A stretch of 64,000 bases of DNA from Meyerozyma guilliermondii (Eukaryota). Under the pieces are notes generated by a model that saw only the letters and a program-made list of their open reading frames with translations, had not been told where the DNA came from and did no database searches. The stretch is from the NCBI GenBank assembly GCA_051546255.1, contig CP128815.1, positions 1,922,001 through 1,986,000 of the forward strand. The letters run 5' to 3'. Position numbers and translations under genes: made by a program. Numbering within the stretch: position 1 is the first letter of the stretch; each line of letters starts with the position of its first letter. Shown here one piece after another: positions 12,270-22,666 of this stretch.

Positions 12270-13235
12270 CTAAACAAAAACGTAGATGGCTTGTTCCAGT
12301 TTGACGTAGAACGACTTGGGCTCACATGACTGCGATGAAGCCGGAACGGGAACCTGTAGTTTGTTCGAGGAATTGGGGAGAGTAATGCGTGAATCTGGGG
12401 TAGGCTGCAACACCAACTGTTGTGTTTCTGTATCGATACTCAATGCTAGTTGATTGGCGAGATCAGCTCTAGAATCCGTGGTCAACTTTACTAGAAGATG
12501 GTACTTTTTGTCGCTGATGTTTTGAAAACTAACAGCAAAGGTGACGGTGGATAATTGAGATTTTGATTTAATAACTGGCTTTTGACTTGTCTTTTCCAGT
12601 TGAATCGACATCTCTTCGATTTCCTGGATCAACGGTTTCTTTCCAGCTTTTTGCTCGCGGTTGATATTCATCAAATCTGGAAGATCCTCGTCGTCTTGAG
12701 GCTCGTCTGGCTTGAGTTCTTCTATCAAGCCCAAAGTATCGTTTTGTTTAAGCTGCTGTAACTTTTTCTGGAATCCATTATCGCTCATTTCCAGAGACTC
12801 CACTATCGTCAGAGACAACTCTCCCTTGCTGAGCATCTTGGGAATGGAATACTCTCGGTCCAAAGTCACCTCATATAACAATTCCACTGACTCAAGACAC
12901 CATTCATTCAATATTTGGCGCAATTCGCTGTTTACTTGACACCATTGAAAACATAACAGATTGATACAACAGTCATACACAAACGACGGAATGCCCTTTT
13001 TGTCTGTGGTCTGTTTTTCTTCCGAAACTATGATGGGAATTTCCCATTCATTTTGTATGATGAGCGGAAATACTATTGCCGGATCAAACTCTTGTGGGGG
13101 TTTGGGAACTTGATTATCGTGGCAAACATTGATGAACACCTTGGTTCCAGAACTGTGCTTGAGGTAGTTTTGTGCTTCGAGAACGCGAGACTTGATCACA
13201 AAACCGGGTTTTGGATCTAGTGTGATTGTAGACAT
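12270..13235 (-). CDS. PIH1: R2TP complex subunit Pih1
   Basis: PKPGFVIKS, KVFINVCH, EWEIPIIVS, DKKG...VYDCCIN are PIH1-N domain motifs. Confidence 0.88.
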   Translation of the reverse strand: MSTITLDPKPGFVIKSRVLEAQNYLKHSSGTKVFINVCHDNQVPKPPQEFDPAIVFPLIIQNEWEIPIIVSEEKQTTDKKGIPSFVYDCCINLLCFQWCQVNSELRQILNEWCLESVELLYEVTLDREYSIPKMLSKGELSLTIVESLEMSDNGFQKKLQQLKQNDTLGLIEELKPDEPQDDEDLPDLMNINREQKAGKKPLIQEIEEMSIQLEKTSQKPVIKSKSQLSTVTFAVSFQNISDKKYHLLVKLTTDSRADLANQLALSIDTETQQLVLQPTPDSRITLPNSSNKLQVPVPASSQSCEPKSFYVKLEQAIYVFV

Positions 13236-13557
13236 GAAGATGTAAATTCGCGAAATTTGAAAATCTAGAAAATTGCAAAATCTGAAAATTGCGAAAGATG
13301 AACAAGAAGAGCAAGATAAAAGAAGTGAAAGAAGTGAAAGAATTGTGTATGATAGGCCAGAACCAAAAGCTTAGAGAGAGAGTAATATGCGAATTGTAGA
13401 TTATTGAATCATCATCAACTATTAAATAACATTTTTCAGTTGAGGCTTTCAACTTCAAAAATCGAATGTCCTAATCAATTAAAAGGATCCATCACTCAAT
13501 CGATATGTGCTTCTTTCACTCTCTCACTCTCTCACTTACTCACCTGCCCATCGTCGA

Positions 13558-13627
13558 TGACTCGTCCTGCATATGCCGTGACTCAGAGTCACCTGAATTA
13601 TTCACTCGCGACTCAAACTATTTGATT
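13558..13627. promoter_or_regulatory. Cluster of Gcn4/AP-1-like TGACTC sites upstream of BPL1
   Basis: TGACTC at 13558; perfect palindrome GTGACTCAGAGTCAC at 13578-13592; GACTCA near 13610. Confidence 0.5.
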
Positions 13628-13640
13628 CACTCCTTTTCCA

Positions 13641-15677
13641 ATGAACGTTTTGGTGTATGCCGGCAATGGAACCACGGCAGAAAGCGTCAAGCATTGCATA
13701 GAGTCGCTCAGACTACATCTATCTCCATACTATGCTGTGGTTTCTGTATCAGAATCGGCCATTTTGAACGACCCATGGATGAACAAAACCTCATTACTTG
13801 TATTGCCTGGCGGAGCAGACCTTCCATATTGTAGGTCATTGAATGGCGAAGGCAACAGAAAAATTGCACAGTTTGTCAGAAAAGGAGGTAAATTCATTGG
13901 TTTTTGCGCTGGTGGTTATTACGCATCTGGTCGTTGCGAGTTCGAAGTTGGTAACCTTAGTATGGAGGTTTCCGGCAGCAGAGAATTGAGATTTTTCCCA
14001 GGCATTGCCAGGGGTTGTGTTTACCCAGGGTTCACATATAACAGCCATAGTGGAGCCAGGGCGACTCCATTGCGTGTCAACAACGAAGTGTTGCCAAATG
14101 TCGATTCTCGAGTGATAAACTACTACAATGGTGGAGGATACTTTGTCAATGCTTCCAAGTACCTGGGAGTACAAGTATTGGCATCGTATGAGGATCCTCT
14201 GAAGTATTTTGAAAGCGAACATGACCGGGCTGCCGTGATCTATTGTAAAGTGGGCAATGGAGATGTCATACTTACTGGGTGTCATCCTGAATTCACACCC
14301 AGTTTGTTGAAACCGGAAGAAAACGCCGAGTTTAACCATGCAATTGAAGTTCTCCGTGTAAATGATTTGAGTAGAAGAAAGTTTCTCCAAAACTGTTTGA
14401 TGAAACTCGGGCTTAGAGTCAATAAAGATGTGGAAGTCACGGTGCCTCGTATCACTCCGATATACCTTTCTTCATACATGAATCAGTCTTTGATCATTGA
14501 GACGCTTGATAGGTTGAAACAGAATCTCGATATTATTCATGGAAATACCTGGGAAGATACCAACGATACATTCTGTCTCCACAAAGAAGATGAGGACGAC
14601 CATGAGTATTTTATGGAATCAGGCGAAGGACAACTTGAACACCAAAATGCAAACGAAGCCATCAAGCACCTTAAAGTGTTCACATCAAAAGAGCTTCCAG
14701 GCTCAAAAGAAACACCGTATTTCAACATGCAAGCATATTTCAACGAACTAGAAGCTCTTTGGCGTAACTCTAATAGTACTCCTGGTGCCATTGGTGCCTT
14801 GCTTGGGTACGGTGAAGTAGTTTCTTCCACCAACACTTTGCTTGATAATAATACTAGATGGCTATCACTTCTTCCTCATGGAACCACTCTCACTGCCACC
14901 ACCCAAGTAGCAGGCAGAGGACGTGGAGGAAATCTCTGGATCAACCCCAAGGGAGTCATGGCAACGTCGATACTCTTCAAAATGCCCCCAGGAAATAATC
15001 AAACCTCCACCATTGTAACGTTGCAGTATATGTGTTCGCTTGCGTTGATAGAGCTGATTTTGAATTATGGAGAAGGCTACCAACAGCTTCCTGTAAAGTT
15101 GAAATGGCCCAATGACATCTACATTTTGAAACCGGAGTACTTTAACAGTTTGGACGATGCCAATAGAGAGAACCCAGAAACCGTCGATGGAGACGAGGAA
15201 ATGTTTGCCAAGGTTTCTGGTGCCATAGTCAACTCTCAATTCCTCGATAAGCAGTTCCATCTTGTATGGGGAGCGGGGGTCAATGTTTCCAACGAAGCGC
15301 CTACAACGTCTCTTAATATCGTGTTGGCAAAAATGAACGAGATCCGCAAACGCCAAGGTTTGCCTATCTTGCCGCCATACAGACACGAGCTTCTTCTTGC
15401 TAGGGTGGTGTTCATGTTGGAAAACTACTTCAATGCGTTCAAAAAGTCGGGACTTGAGCCATTTTTATCGCTTTATTATAAAAGGTGGTTCCATAGTAAT
15501 CAGACGGTGCGGTTAGAAACTGGCCAGGGAACTCGGAAATGTATTATAAGAGGCATCACCAAAGACTATGGACTCTTGGTGGCGGAGGATGTGAATTCTG
15601 GTGAGCGGTTTGAGTTGCAACCGGATGGAAACTCGTTTGATATTTTCAAGGGTTTGGTATATAAAAAGAGTGTTTAG
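13641..15677 (+). CDS. BPL1: Biotin-protein ligase (holocarboxylase synthetase)
   Basis: BPL_N domain (MNVLVY, PGGADLPY, GFCAGGYY) plus catalytic QVAGRGRGGN, KWPND and LQPDGNSFD. Confidence 0.96.
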   Translation: MNVLVYAGNGTTAESVKHCIESLRLHLSPYYAVVSVSESAILNDPWMNKTSLLVLPGGADLPYCRSLNGEGNRKIAQFVRKGGKFIGFCAGGYYASGRCEFEVGNLSMEVSGSRELRFFPGIARGCVYPGFTYNSHSGARATPLRVNNEVLPNVDSRVINYYNGGGYFVNASKYLGVQVLASYEDPLKYFESEHDRAAVIYCKVGNGDVILTGCHPEFTPSLLKPEENAEFNHAIEVLRVNDLSRRKFLQNCLMKLGLRVNKDVEVTVPRITPIYLSSYMNQSLIIETLDRLKQNLDIIHGNTWEDTNDTFCLHKEDEDDHEYFMESGEGQLEHQNANEAIKHLKVFTSKELPGSKETPYFNMQAYFNELEALWRNSNSTPGAIGALLGYGEVVSSTNTLLDNNTRWLSLLPHGTTLTATTQVAGRGRGGNLWINPKGVMATSILFKMPPGNNQTSTIVTLQYMCSLALIELILNYGEGYQQLPVKLKWPNDIYILKPEYFNSLDDANRENPETVDGDEEMFAKVSGAIVNSQFLDKQFHLVWGAGVNVSNEAPTTSLNIVLAKMNEIRKRQGLPILPPYRHELLLARVVFMLENYFNAFKKSGLEPFLSLYYKRWFHSNQTVRLETGQGTRKCIIRGITKDYGLLVAEDVNSGERFELQPDGNSFDIFKGLVYKKSV

Positions 15678-15789
15678 TTTTCGCAGCCATTCGAAAATCA
15701 AAAAATCATTACACAAAAAACATTACCAAATAAATTGTATCGAAAACAAATAAACTTTCATAAACAACCTTCAGAACCTTGTATCTCAC

Positions 15790-16200
15790 ATGAAGGTCAA
15801 GATACTAGACTGGCACGCTGTCACTTTTTGGCACTGGGACTTTGCTACACATGGATATTCTGACGATCTCTGTGGAATTTGCAGAGCAGCATTCGACGGC
15901 ACTTGTCCCAACTGTAAATATCCTGGAGACGATTGTCCCATAGTGCTTGGAGACGAATGTACACACAATTTCCACTTGCATTGTATCCTCAAATGGCTCG
16001 AGCAGGATAATCTGAAGGGTTTGTGTCCCATGTGTCGACAGATCTTTCTGGCCAAGGAAGACGTTGACGATTTACAGCCTCGAGATCCACGCTACGCCGA
16101 CTTGAAAAGGCTCATAGAGCGACACAGAGCCACGAGGGAGCGGCTAGCGAACACCAGTGAACAGGAATACGAGGTTTTGGAGGAGATGGAAACGTCGTGA
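15790..16200 (+). CDS. APC11: APC/C RING-H2 subunit Apc11
   Basis: CGICRAAFDGTCPNCKYPGDDCP, HNFHLHCI, S(CTG)KGLCPMCRQ. Confidence 0.95.
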   Translation: MKVKILDWHAVTFWHWDFATHGYSDDLCGICRAAFDGTCPNCKYPGDDCPIVLGDECTHNFHLHCILKWLEQDNLKGLCPMCRQIFLAKEDVDDLQPRDPRYADLKRLIERHRATRERLANTSEQEYEVLEEMETS

Positions 16201-16387
16201 TGATGAAGAAACGAGAAATGAAAAAGAGGAACGAAGAAAGAGAGGGAAACGAAAAACGAAGAAACGAAGAAAGAGGAGACTACTATAGCAACCGTGGCAA
16301 GATGGTCCAATACATTATTTGCACTTCTTTTTCGCTTTAATAATTCCTTTCCTCTCTCTTTGTCAGTTCGCATTTTTCATCTTTTCA

Positions 16388-17530
16388 ATGATTCGTTCGT
16401 TATACACTGTGTCACCACTACGTCATTTTCTACGGTCTTCAAGACCTTTGGGCCCCTCAAACTTGTCCATATTGAGCATATCTTCATCACGGCTGTTTTC
16501 CATAACTTCCAGATCGTTCAATGCCGTAAAACAAGTCGAACCACTCGTCCACCAAGTTCCCGTGTTTTCTCCAGAAGAAAAAGAAGCCGCAAAAAAAGCC
16601 CGTTTAGAAGGTTTGGGGCCCTATGTGTCCAAGCTTCCACAGAGATGGATCCCATACGCTGAATTGATGAGACTCGAAAAACCTGTGGGCACTTTACTCT
16701 TACTTCTTCCTTCATTCTGGGGAATTACAATGGCCGCCTATGGAATTGGTGCTCCGGTTTTGACCACGTTAAAGGTGGTGAGTCTCTTCAGTATTGGTGC
16801 CTTGGTTATGAGAGGTGCTGGATGTACTATCAATGATCTTTTGGACCGAGATTTGGACAATAAAGTTGCAAGAACGATGGAACGACCCATTGCAAGTGGT
16901 CGAGTTTCTGTTCCACAAGCCATAACTTTCCTTGGAGTTCAGTGTTTTGCTGGCTTGGGAGTCCTTTTGTCTCTTCCATTTGAATGCTTTTACTTGGGCG
17001 CACTTTCCTTACCATTCGTTGCAGCTTATCCTCTCTTTAAAAGGTTTACATACTATCCTCAAGCTATGCTTTCTATATGCTTTTCTTGGGGTTGCTTGCT
17101 TGGGTTCCCTGCTGTGGGGGCTCCATTGAACCTTTTCGTGGCTGTGCCTCTCTTTATTTCTAATTTTTTGTGGTGTATGATCTACGATACCATTTATGCC
17201 CATCAAGATAAAAAATTCGATATTTCTGCTGGCATCAAATCCACCGCCCTCAAATGGGGTGACAAGTCCAGACCCTACATGAATGTGCTTGCGTCTGGTC
17301 AGGCTGGGTTATATGCTTTGTCGGGTTTCATGAACAATATGGGACCCGGGTTCTATTTGACGGGAGCTTGGGGCTTCGCCAGGTTGTTCTCTCAAATCAA
17401 AAATGTCAATTTAGACGACCCCAAAAGCTGCTGGAAAGCGTTCACCGGTAACATTAGAACCGGGTTCATTTTCTGGTTGGGGATGGTCGTGGACTATATC
17501 ATGTTGATGTGTGGTTGGAACTTTTTTTAG
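16388..17530 (+). CDS. COQ2: 4-hydroxybenzoate polyprenyltransferase, mitochondrial
   Basis: First ATG at 16388 gives an Arg/Ser-rich presequence; MRLEKPVG, GAGCTINDLLDRDLD, YDTIYAHQDK UbiA motifs. Confidence 0.95.
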   Translation: MIRSLYTVSPLRHFLRSSRPLGPSNLSILSISSSRLFSITSRSFNAVKQVEPLVHQVPVFSPEEKEAAKKARLEGLGPYVSKLPQRWIPYAELMRLEKPVGTLLLLLPSFWGITMAAYGIGAPVLTTLKVVSLFSIGALVMRGAGCTINDLLDRDLDNKVARTMERPIASGRVSVPQAITFLGVQCFAGLGVLLSLPFECFYLGALSLPFVAAYPLFKRFTYYPQAMLSICFSWGCLLGFPAVGAPLNLFVAVPLFISNFLWCMIYDTIYAHQDKKFDISAGIKSTALKWGDKSRPYMNVLASGQAGLYALSGFMNNMGPGFYLTGAWGFARLFSQIKNVNLDDPKSCWKAFTGNIRTGFIFWLGMVVDYIMLMCGWNFF

Positions 17531-20406
17531 CCACCATTGTCAAGACTTTGTATCAATGCTGATGTCGATTTGACTTCAAACCTAGCCAAAGCTTTTGTCG
17601 ATGTAACATGCCTAGATATCACAACTCGCCGCAACAATTCTTGTTGAAGATATTCTTGTACATAACTCACAGGAAACAGTTCGGGAAGTCTCCTGATAAT
17701 ATCATATGCGTCAAAATAAGGTTCTCCATATCTTTGTAGAAACATCTGGATTATCGAATAGTTTCCGTTTTTGTCTAGCACGAACTTCAAGTAGTGATCA
17801 AGTATGCTCGTGAGACCAGCTTTAATGCTGTTTGAATCATTAGAATTTTCTGTTGCTCTTTCTTTAAAATCTTCAAAGTAGTATGGGTGAGATTGTAATG
17901 GAAGTCTGCCGTACTTGGCATAAAACTCAGCATTTGAGAAGTCACCCACGCTGAGTAGCCTCGTTATCATTTCAGTACCAGAAATAATCCACCGAAGATA
18001 CTCGTACTGTTCAGCACTTAAAAGAGTCAACACCTTTTCTTTTTCTTCATGATTCTGAAGCCAATGAAACTCAACTATGAGAAGTTCAGCGGCTTTCAAG
18101 TACAACTCAATATACTCCGGGCATTCACTTCGTCTCATATTGGCACTGAGATAATCAAGCCATGTTAGCTTTGGCCAATCCAAAGTTTCAAGGTTATTCT
18201 CGATTTGATATGTCTGCTGAAGAATCTGAAAGTTCATAATTTCAGCATCGGAACTTCTGGAGGATAGCATACTGACTATTTCCACCAATGTCTCTGACAA
18301 CGTCGACAAGTCTTCGAGATTGCTAATGTCAGCTATATCGTCCCTGAGACTGGCTTCAGCAAACTCAGCTTTGAGCTGATAAATCTCATCCTTCTTATCG
18401 TCGTACTTTGATGATATTTCTTCCAAGATATGTTTGTGAGTTGCCTTGAACTTTCCGCCTTTTTGGCTTCTGAGAAACGAAACACCCTTGTTCATATCTA
18501 TGTCAAGAAATTGCAACAAGTTTTTGGCATAGAGTTTCTCGTCATAAAAGCTGGTTTGAAGGAGTTCCAAAAACGTATCCAACAAGGCTCCTCGATCTTC
18601 TTCCTTGAAAGCGGGATCCACAATCTCACCTTTGAGTACCATCATGGAATACTTACAAATTTCAACGGCATACTCCTGTTTGACAAGTACGTCCTGTTCT
18701 TGGTTTCCGAGAAGCTTGAGAAATTCTATTCGTGCCCAGTAGTTTGTGCCTTGGCGAACAAATTCCATGATTTTGCTATTGGCCTTCTTAAACTGGGTCC
18801 AACCTGTGGTATCTGCTCCTTTTGCAAATTTTATAGCTTCGTCGCTTCGTGTGAAAACTACGGTGTAAATCATCTCTCTGATAAAGCAGCACTTCTTCTT
18901 CGCAGATTCAGTAAGCTTGGCTAAGTCTAAAGCCAAATAGTAGCGGTGAGTTTGAAGTAAGCAATCTTTGAAGATTTGCTCATCCAAAGAATTCAGATCC
19001 ATGCCATCGATTACTTCCTTCAAAGTTTGGTATATCTTGTAGCCCTCATCCGACTTCGCTTTATAGGTATAAGTCATGAATTGTGGGTCGATGAGAAGAG
19101 TGTCGTCTTTGGTCTTTAACAAGATTTCAATACTCTTTTCATGATCTTTGAGAATGATGTAGATTAGCGAAAGAAGGTGAATACAAAACAGTTCAGATGA
19201 GCCGGACACGGCTTTTGAATGCTCACGGACACGTTCTGACAAGCTTTCCAAATCACTGAAGTTTAGTTCTGCTTGTTTCATCAAGTCCTGAAACTGTGTT
19301 GCAAGTAATGACAATTGGTCGGTTTTATGTATGATCAGAAGTTCGTTCGAGGTGACTGCTAGAACTTTGGAATGGGTGCTGAGTTCGCAGTGGGTAGTTT
19401 CACCAGTAGAAACATCCACTGTTGTCAAAAAACTTGAAGAAATATTGTCTTTGCATTCCACAGATCGAGCCAGTTGAATTAGTCGAAGTCCCTCGAGCTT
19501 TTTCTGAGCTTTATGTTCAATTGATTGGAGCGAAGATACAACAAGCTCCGAGTTGTCCATGACGGTGAAAACGTAGGGCCATTGTGTGGCTATACTTTGA
19601 GGGTATCCGAGATCCACCCACGAAAGAGTTCCTCGGGTAACATCACCATCGCTATTAACAAACATAGCTATTGAAGTAGACGAGTCGGCATGAATAGTCA
19701 AGAGAAACTCTTCACGACCCGATTCCGAAGTGAAAGAAGCACAATGTGGCGCGATGGAGGAATCGTCGGTGGACTTATACTTGAAGAGGCTGATCATTCT
19801 TGTCTCTTTTAGGTCAATAAGATCATAGTTTGACTTGTTCGAAACAACCACGAGGTTGCTATATGCGGTGGCAGACTTTGCCGAGCAAGACAACCCATCA
19901 ATTGCGTCGTTATAGTTGACGTCTTTGACAAGCTTGATCAGATCGCGACCAATCTGAATAATTCTTACCTTGTTGTACCCGACAACAAAAGCTTTTTGTG
20001 ATGCATTAGATGAATTTTGGAGTCCCTCCTTGTAGGAAAGCGATTCTATGGTTCGAATATCCTTAAGTTTTCCGAGTTTGCATGGAGAAAGCTCCGGTAG
20101 CGTATATACACTGGCAACACTGCCACACAAGATGAGAGCCCGTTCAACCAATTCGAGTACCAAGATTTTGTTCACTGGTTTCTGGTTCGAGGACACGGAT
20201 ATTCGAGAAATAAGTATGTAAACTGGAGAGTCATCGAACCGAAAATAGTGTAAAACGTTTCCCAATGAAGTTCCCACGTACAAGTTGGATTGGTACACAG
20301 CGACATCAGTAAGGGTTTCACCCTCTTCTAGAGATTCCTCACGAACCACAGTCTGGAGGTGAAACTGGACAGGCCCATCAACCTCATCTATGTTTATAGT
20401 AGCCAT
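17527..20406 (-). CDS. VPS3: CORVET/HOPS subunit, Vps3/TGFBRAP1-like (CNH-type N-terminus)
   Basis: About 960 aa from MATINIDEV; NLYVGTSLG, YTLPELSP, EEFLL, GDVTRGTLSW...YP..I...WPYV resemble the Vps3/Vps39 family; start uncertain (upstream ATG at 20580). Confidence 0.65.
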   Translation of the reverse strand: MATINIDEVDGPVQFHLQTVVREESLEEGETLTDVAVYQSNLYVGTSLGNVLHYFRFDDSPVYILISRISVSSNQKPVNKILVLELVERALILCGSVASVYTLPELSPCKLGKLKDIRTIESLSYKEGLQNSSNASQKAFVVGYNKVRIIQIGRDLIKLVKDVNYNDAIDGLSCSAKSATAYSNLVVVSNKSNYDLIDLKETRMISLFKYKSTDDSSIAPHCASFTSESGREEFLLTIHADSSTSIAMFVNSDGDVTRGTLSWVDLGYPQSIATQWPYVFTVMDNSELVVSSLQSIEHKAQKKLEGLRLIQLARSVECKDNISSSFLTTVDVSTGETTHCELSTHSKVLAVTSNELLIIHKTDQLSLLATQFQDLMKQAELNFSDLESLSERVREHSKAVSGSSELFCIHLLSLIYIILKDHEKSIEILLKTKDDTLLIDPQFMTYTYKAKSDEGYKIYQTLKEVIDGMDLNSLDEQIFKDCLLQTHRYYLALDLAKLTESAKKKCCFIREMIYTVVFTRSDEAIKFAKGADTTGWTQFKKANSKIMEFVRQGTNYWARIEFLKLLGNQEQDVLVKQEYAVEICKYSMMVLKGEIVDPAFKEEDRGALLDTFLELLQTSFYDEKLYAKNLLQFLDIDMNKGVSFLRSQKGGKFKATHKHILEEISSKYDDKKDEIYQLKAEFAEASLRDDIADISNLEDLSTLSETLVEIVSMLSSRSSDAEIMNFQILQQTYQIENNLETLDWPKLTWLDYLSANMRRSECPEYIELYLKAAELLIVEFHWLQNHEEKEKVLTLLSAEQYEYLRWIISGTEMITRLLSVGDFSNAEFYAKYGRLPLQSHPYYFEDFKERATENSNDSNSIKAGLTSILDHYLKFVLDKNGNYSIIQMFLQRYGEPYFDAYDIIRRLPELFPVSYVQEYLQQELLRRVVISRHVTSTKALARFEVKSTSALIQSLDNGG

Positions 20407-20635
20407 GTAGCCATGTGGTGAGAAGATGGAGTGACAAGATGATTCGCGAAATGAGAAAGTTGAGATACGAAAATAGACACTAGAATAGAGATCGGAAATG
20501 TAACTAGTAGTGATTTGGAAAGTTTCATAAACAGATCGAAAGTAGTCCAGAAATGGTTTCTTAGACCAGAATTGGTTCATTGTCCAGAAATTGGTTTTTA
20601 GTGAGAAATTGCGTTTAGTATTTGTCTATTTGTTG

Positions 20636-21898
20636 TCATGCCAATGAGTCCGTAGAAGGTGCAAACGGAGGAAATGCAATGTTGTCTCTGTGAGCAACAT
20701 ACTCACTATCTGCAAACCCCAATATGCTTTCGATTTCGTGACTATGTTTTCCCATTATAAGTTCAATTTCATTGGAGCTGTAATTGACTCTACAGTTTCC
20801 AACAAGAACTGCCTCAGATGGGTCTGAGTCTTTAGTAGGAACGACCTTTAGGGACACAGACTCACTATCGTGAAAGCTTCCTTCAACTCCAACAATTCCC
20901 ACTGGAAGTAAACCGGCACGATTCTTTCGAGTGAGAGCTTCAAAACAGCCTTGATCTATAATAAGAGCACCTTTAGTTTTGTTTCCATGAAGAAGCCAGA
21001 ACCGCTTATCGGAAATGATCTTTGTTTGCCTAGGAAGTCCAAGAAATCTTGTGTGCAAGGGAATCTTTCCATCTTTTATGGCCCGATCGACAAATTCGGT
21101 TTGCTCTTCCATGGTAAGTTTGAGTTTATCCATTTCCACAATATTGTTGACAATATCAAGAATATAGTTGGGCTGAGTGGAAAGCGCAATAATGGTATGA
21201 ACACCAACATTTGTTGCGAGCTCGGCAGCTATTAATTTTGTGGTCATTCCACCGGTTCCAACCTTAGAACCAGCACCGGCTTTGGAGTCCGACTTGATGT
21301 CCAAATTTTCCATTTTTTCCACCAACAACACAGCCTGGGCATCTGGGTTGCTTCTCGGGTTGTCTGTGTACAAACAAGGAACATCGGTCATGAGGAAAAG
21401 ATAGTCAGCATGAACCATTCCTGCGGTAATAGCCGAAAGGGTATCATTATCACCAAACTTGATTTCAGAAACAGATAATGTATCATTTTCATTGACAATT
21501 GGTATCACACCCATCAGCATGAGCTGCTGGAGGGTATTTATGGCGTTTTTGTATTGGTTAAAGTCCAGAATATCGTTTCTTGTGAATAAAATTTGGGCGA
21601 TTCTCTGATCAAATTGACGGAAAAGTGTATCAAATAACCCAATGAGCCGAGATTGACCTATGGACGCCAAAGCCTGAACCTCGGAAAGCGCAGCAGGCTT
21701 AGATGACAATCCCATGGTTTTCATTCCAATGGCAATGGCACCAGAAGACACAATAATGATCCGATGGCCCTGTCTCCGAAGCTTGACAAGTGTCTCCACT
21801 ATACGAGACAAATTGGCCAACCGTGGTTCCATGGTTTGCTCATCCACTATGGACGAGGTTCCCAACTTTACCACTATTATATACGAGGTTTGTTCCAT
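20636..21898 (-). CDS. PRO1: Gamma-glutamyl kinase with PUA domain
   Basis: VVKLGTSS, VSSGAIA, NENDT...KFGDNDTLSA, GTGGMTTKL. Confidence 0.96.
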   Translation of the reverse strand: MEQTSYIIVVKLGTSSIVDEQTMEPRLANLSRIVETLVKLRRQGHRIIIVSSGAIAIGMKTMGLSSKPAALSEVQALASIGQSRLIGLFDTLFRQFDQRIAQILFTRNDILDFNQYKNAINTLQQLMLMGVIPIVNENDTLSVSEIKFGDNDTLSAITAGMVHADYLFLMTDVPCLYTDNPRSNPDAQAVLLVEKMENLDIKSDSKAGAGSKVGTGGMTTKLIAAELATNVGVHTIIALSTQPNYILDIVNNIVEMDKLKLTMEEQTEFVDRAIKDGKIPLHTRFLGLPRQTKIISDKRFWLLHGNKTKGALIIDQGCFEALTRKNRAGLLPVGIVGVEGSFHDSESVSLKVVPTKDSDPSEAVLVGNCRVNYSSNEIELIMGKHSHEIESILGFADSEYVAHRDNIAFPPFAPSTDSLA

Positions 21899-22189
21899 TG
21901 AAGTTGAAGTTTAAATGCAAATAGGCTGAAAAATTGAAACTGAAAAATCAGATCTGAAAAATTATAGACTTACAGAACCTTTGGCACAATGATCTGCAGG
22001 AAGAAAACGTGTTAAGACCAAGTCACTGGAAAGCAGGTGAACCTCGGTGGTAGGTTATAACGATGGTGACAATGAATGGCGGTTATGAACAGATTTGTCA
22101 AATGACTATTATCTGCAGCCCCATCGAAGTATATGCAGGCCATGTCTATAAAGTTTTCCTGCATGTATATGGTAATTTATATGCCGTTC

Positions 22190-22624
22190 CACGTTTGCCG
22201 CTAGTATTTGAATCACCGCCAAGACCAAGACAATGGTTACCGAGACGGAACGCCAATGCCGATAGCCAGATGTTGTTCAATTCAATGAGGAAGAATCGGA
22301 ATCGGTTCCTCTTTTGAATACTTTCGAAAATCCTATACTGTCAACTTGACTAACTATAAATATGGGCTCATCCGATGATGAAGTTTAACGAATTGATCCA
22401 TATAGTCACCAATTCTACAACACCAACCCCTATTAAAGAATTAATTAAGAAATTGCCTATGTCAGAACTGGTTGCAAAGACGTAACCCGTGCGCATACCA
22501 AAAATTGCAACGTTTCTCGTTAATAATAACCCTAAATCAGAACCCACGTTTTGCCATCTTACCATATTGGTGATGCACGTTGACAGCGGTGCGGCTCGAG
22601 GTTGCAGCCGAGAACTCTATAAAA
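22190..22624 (+). promoter_or_regulatory. Pho4-like CACGTT sites and TATA box upstream of the secreted phosphatase
   Basis: CACGTT at 22190, 22545 and 22576; TATAAAA near 22618. Confidence 0.5.
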
Positions 22625-22666
22625 GGTGGCATAGTATGCTGTAATTATTCCAACAATAAGTTAACA

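Noticed and set aside
22063..22317. 84-aa ORF in the PRO1/phosphatase divergent promoter
   Set aside because: No recognisable motifs, and it overlaps probable promoter elements.
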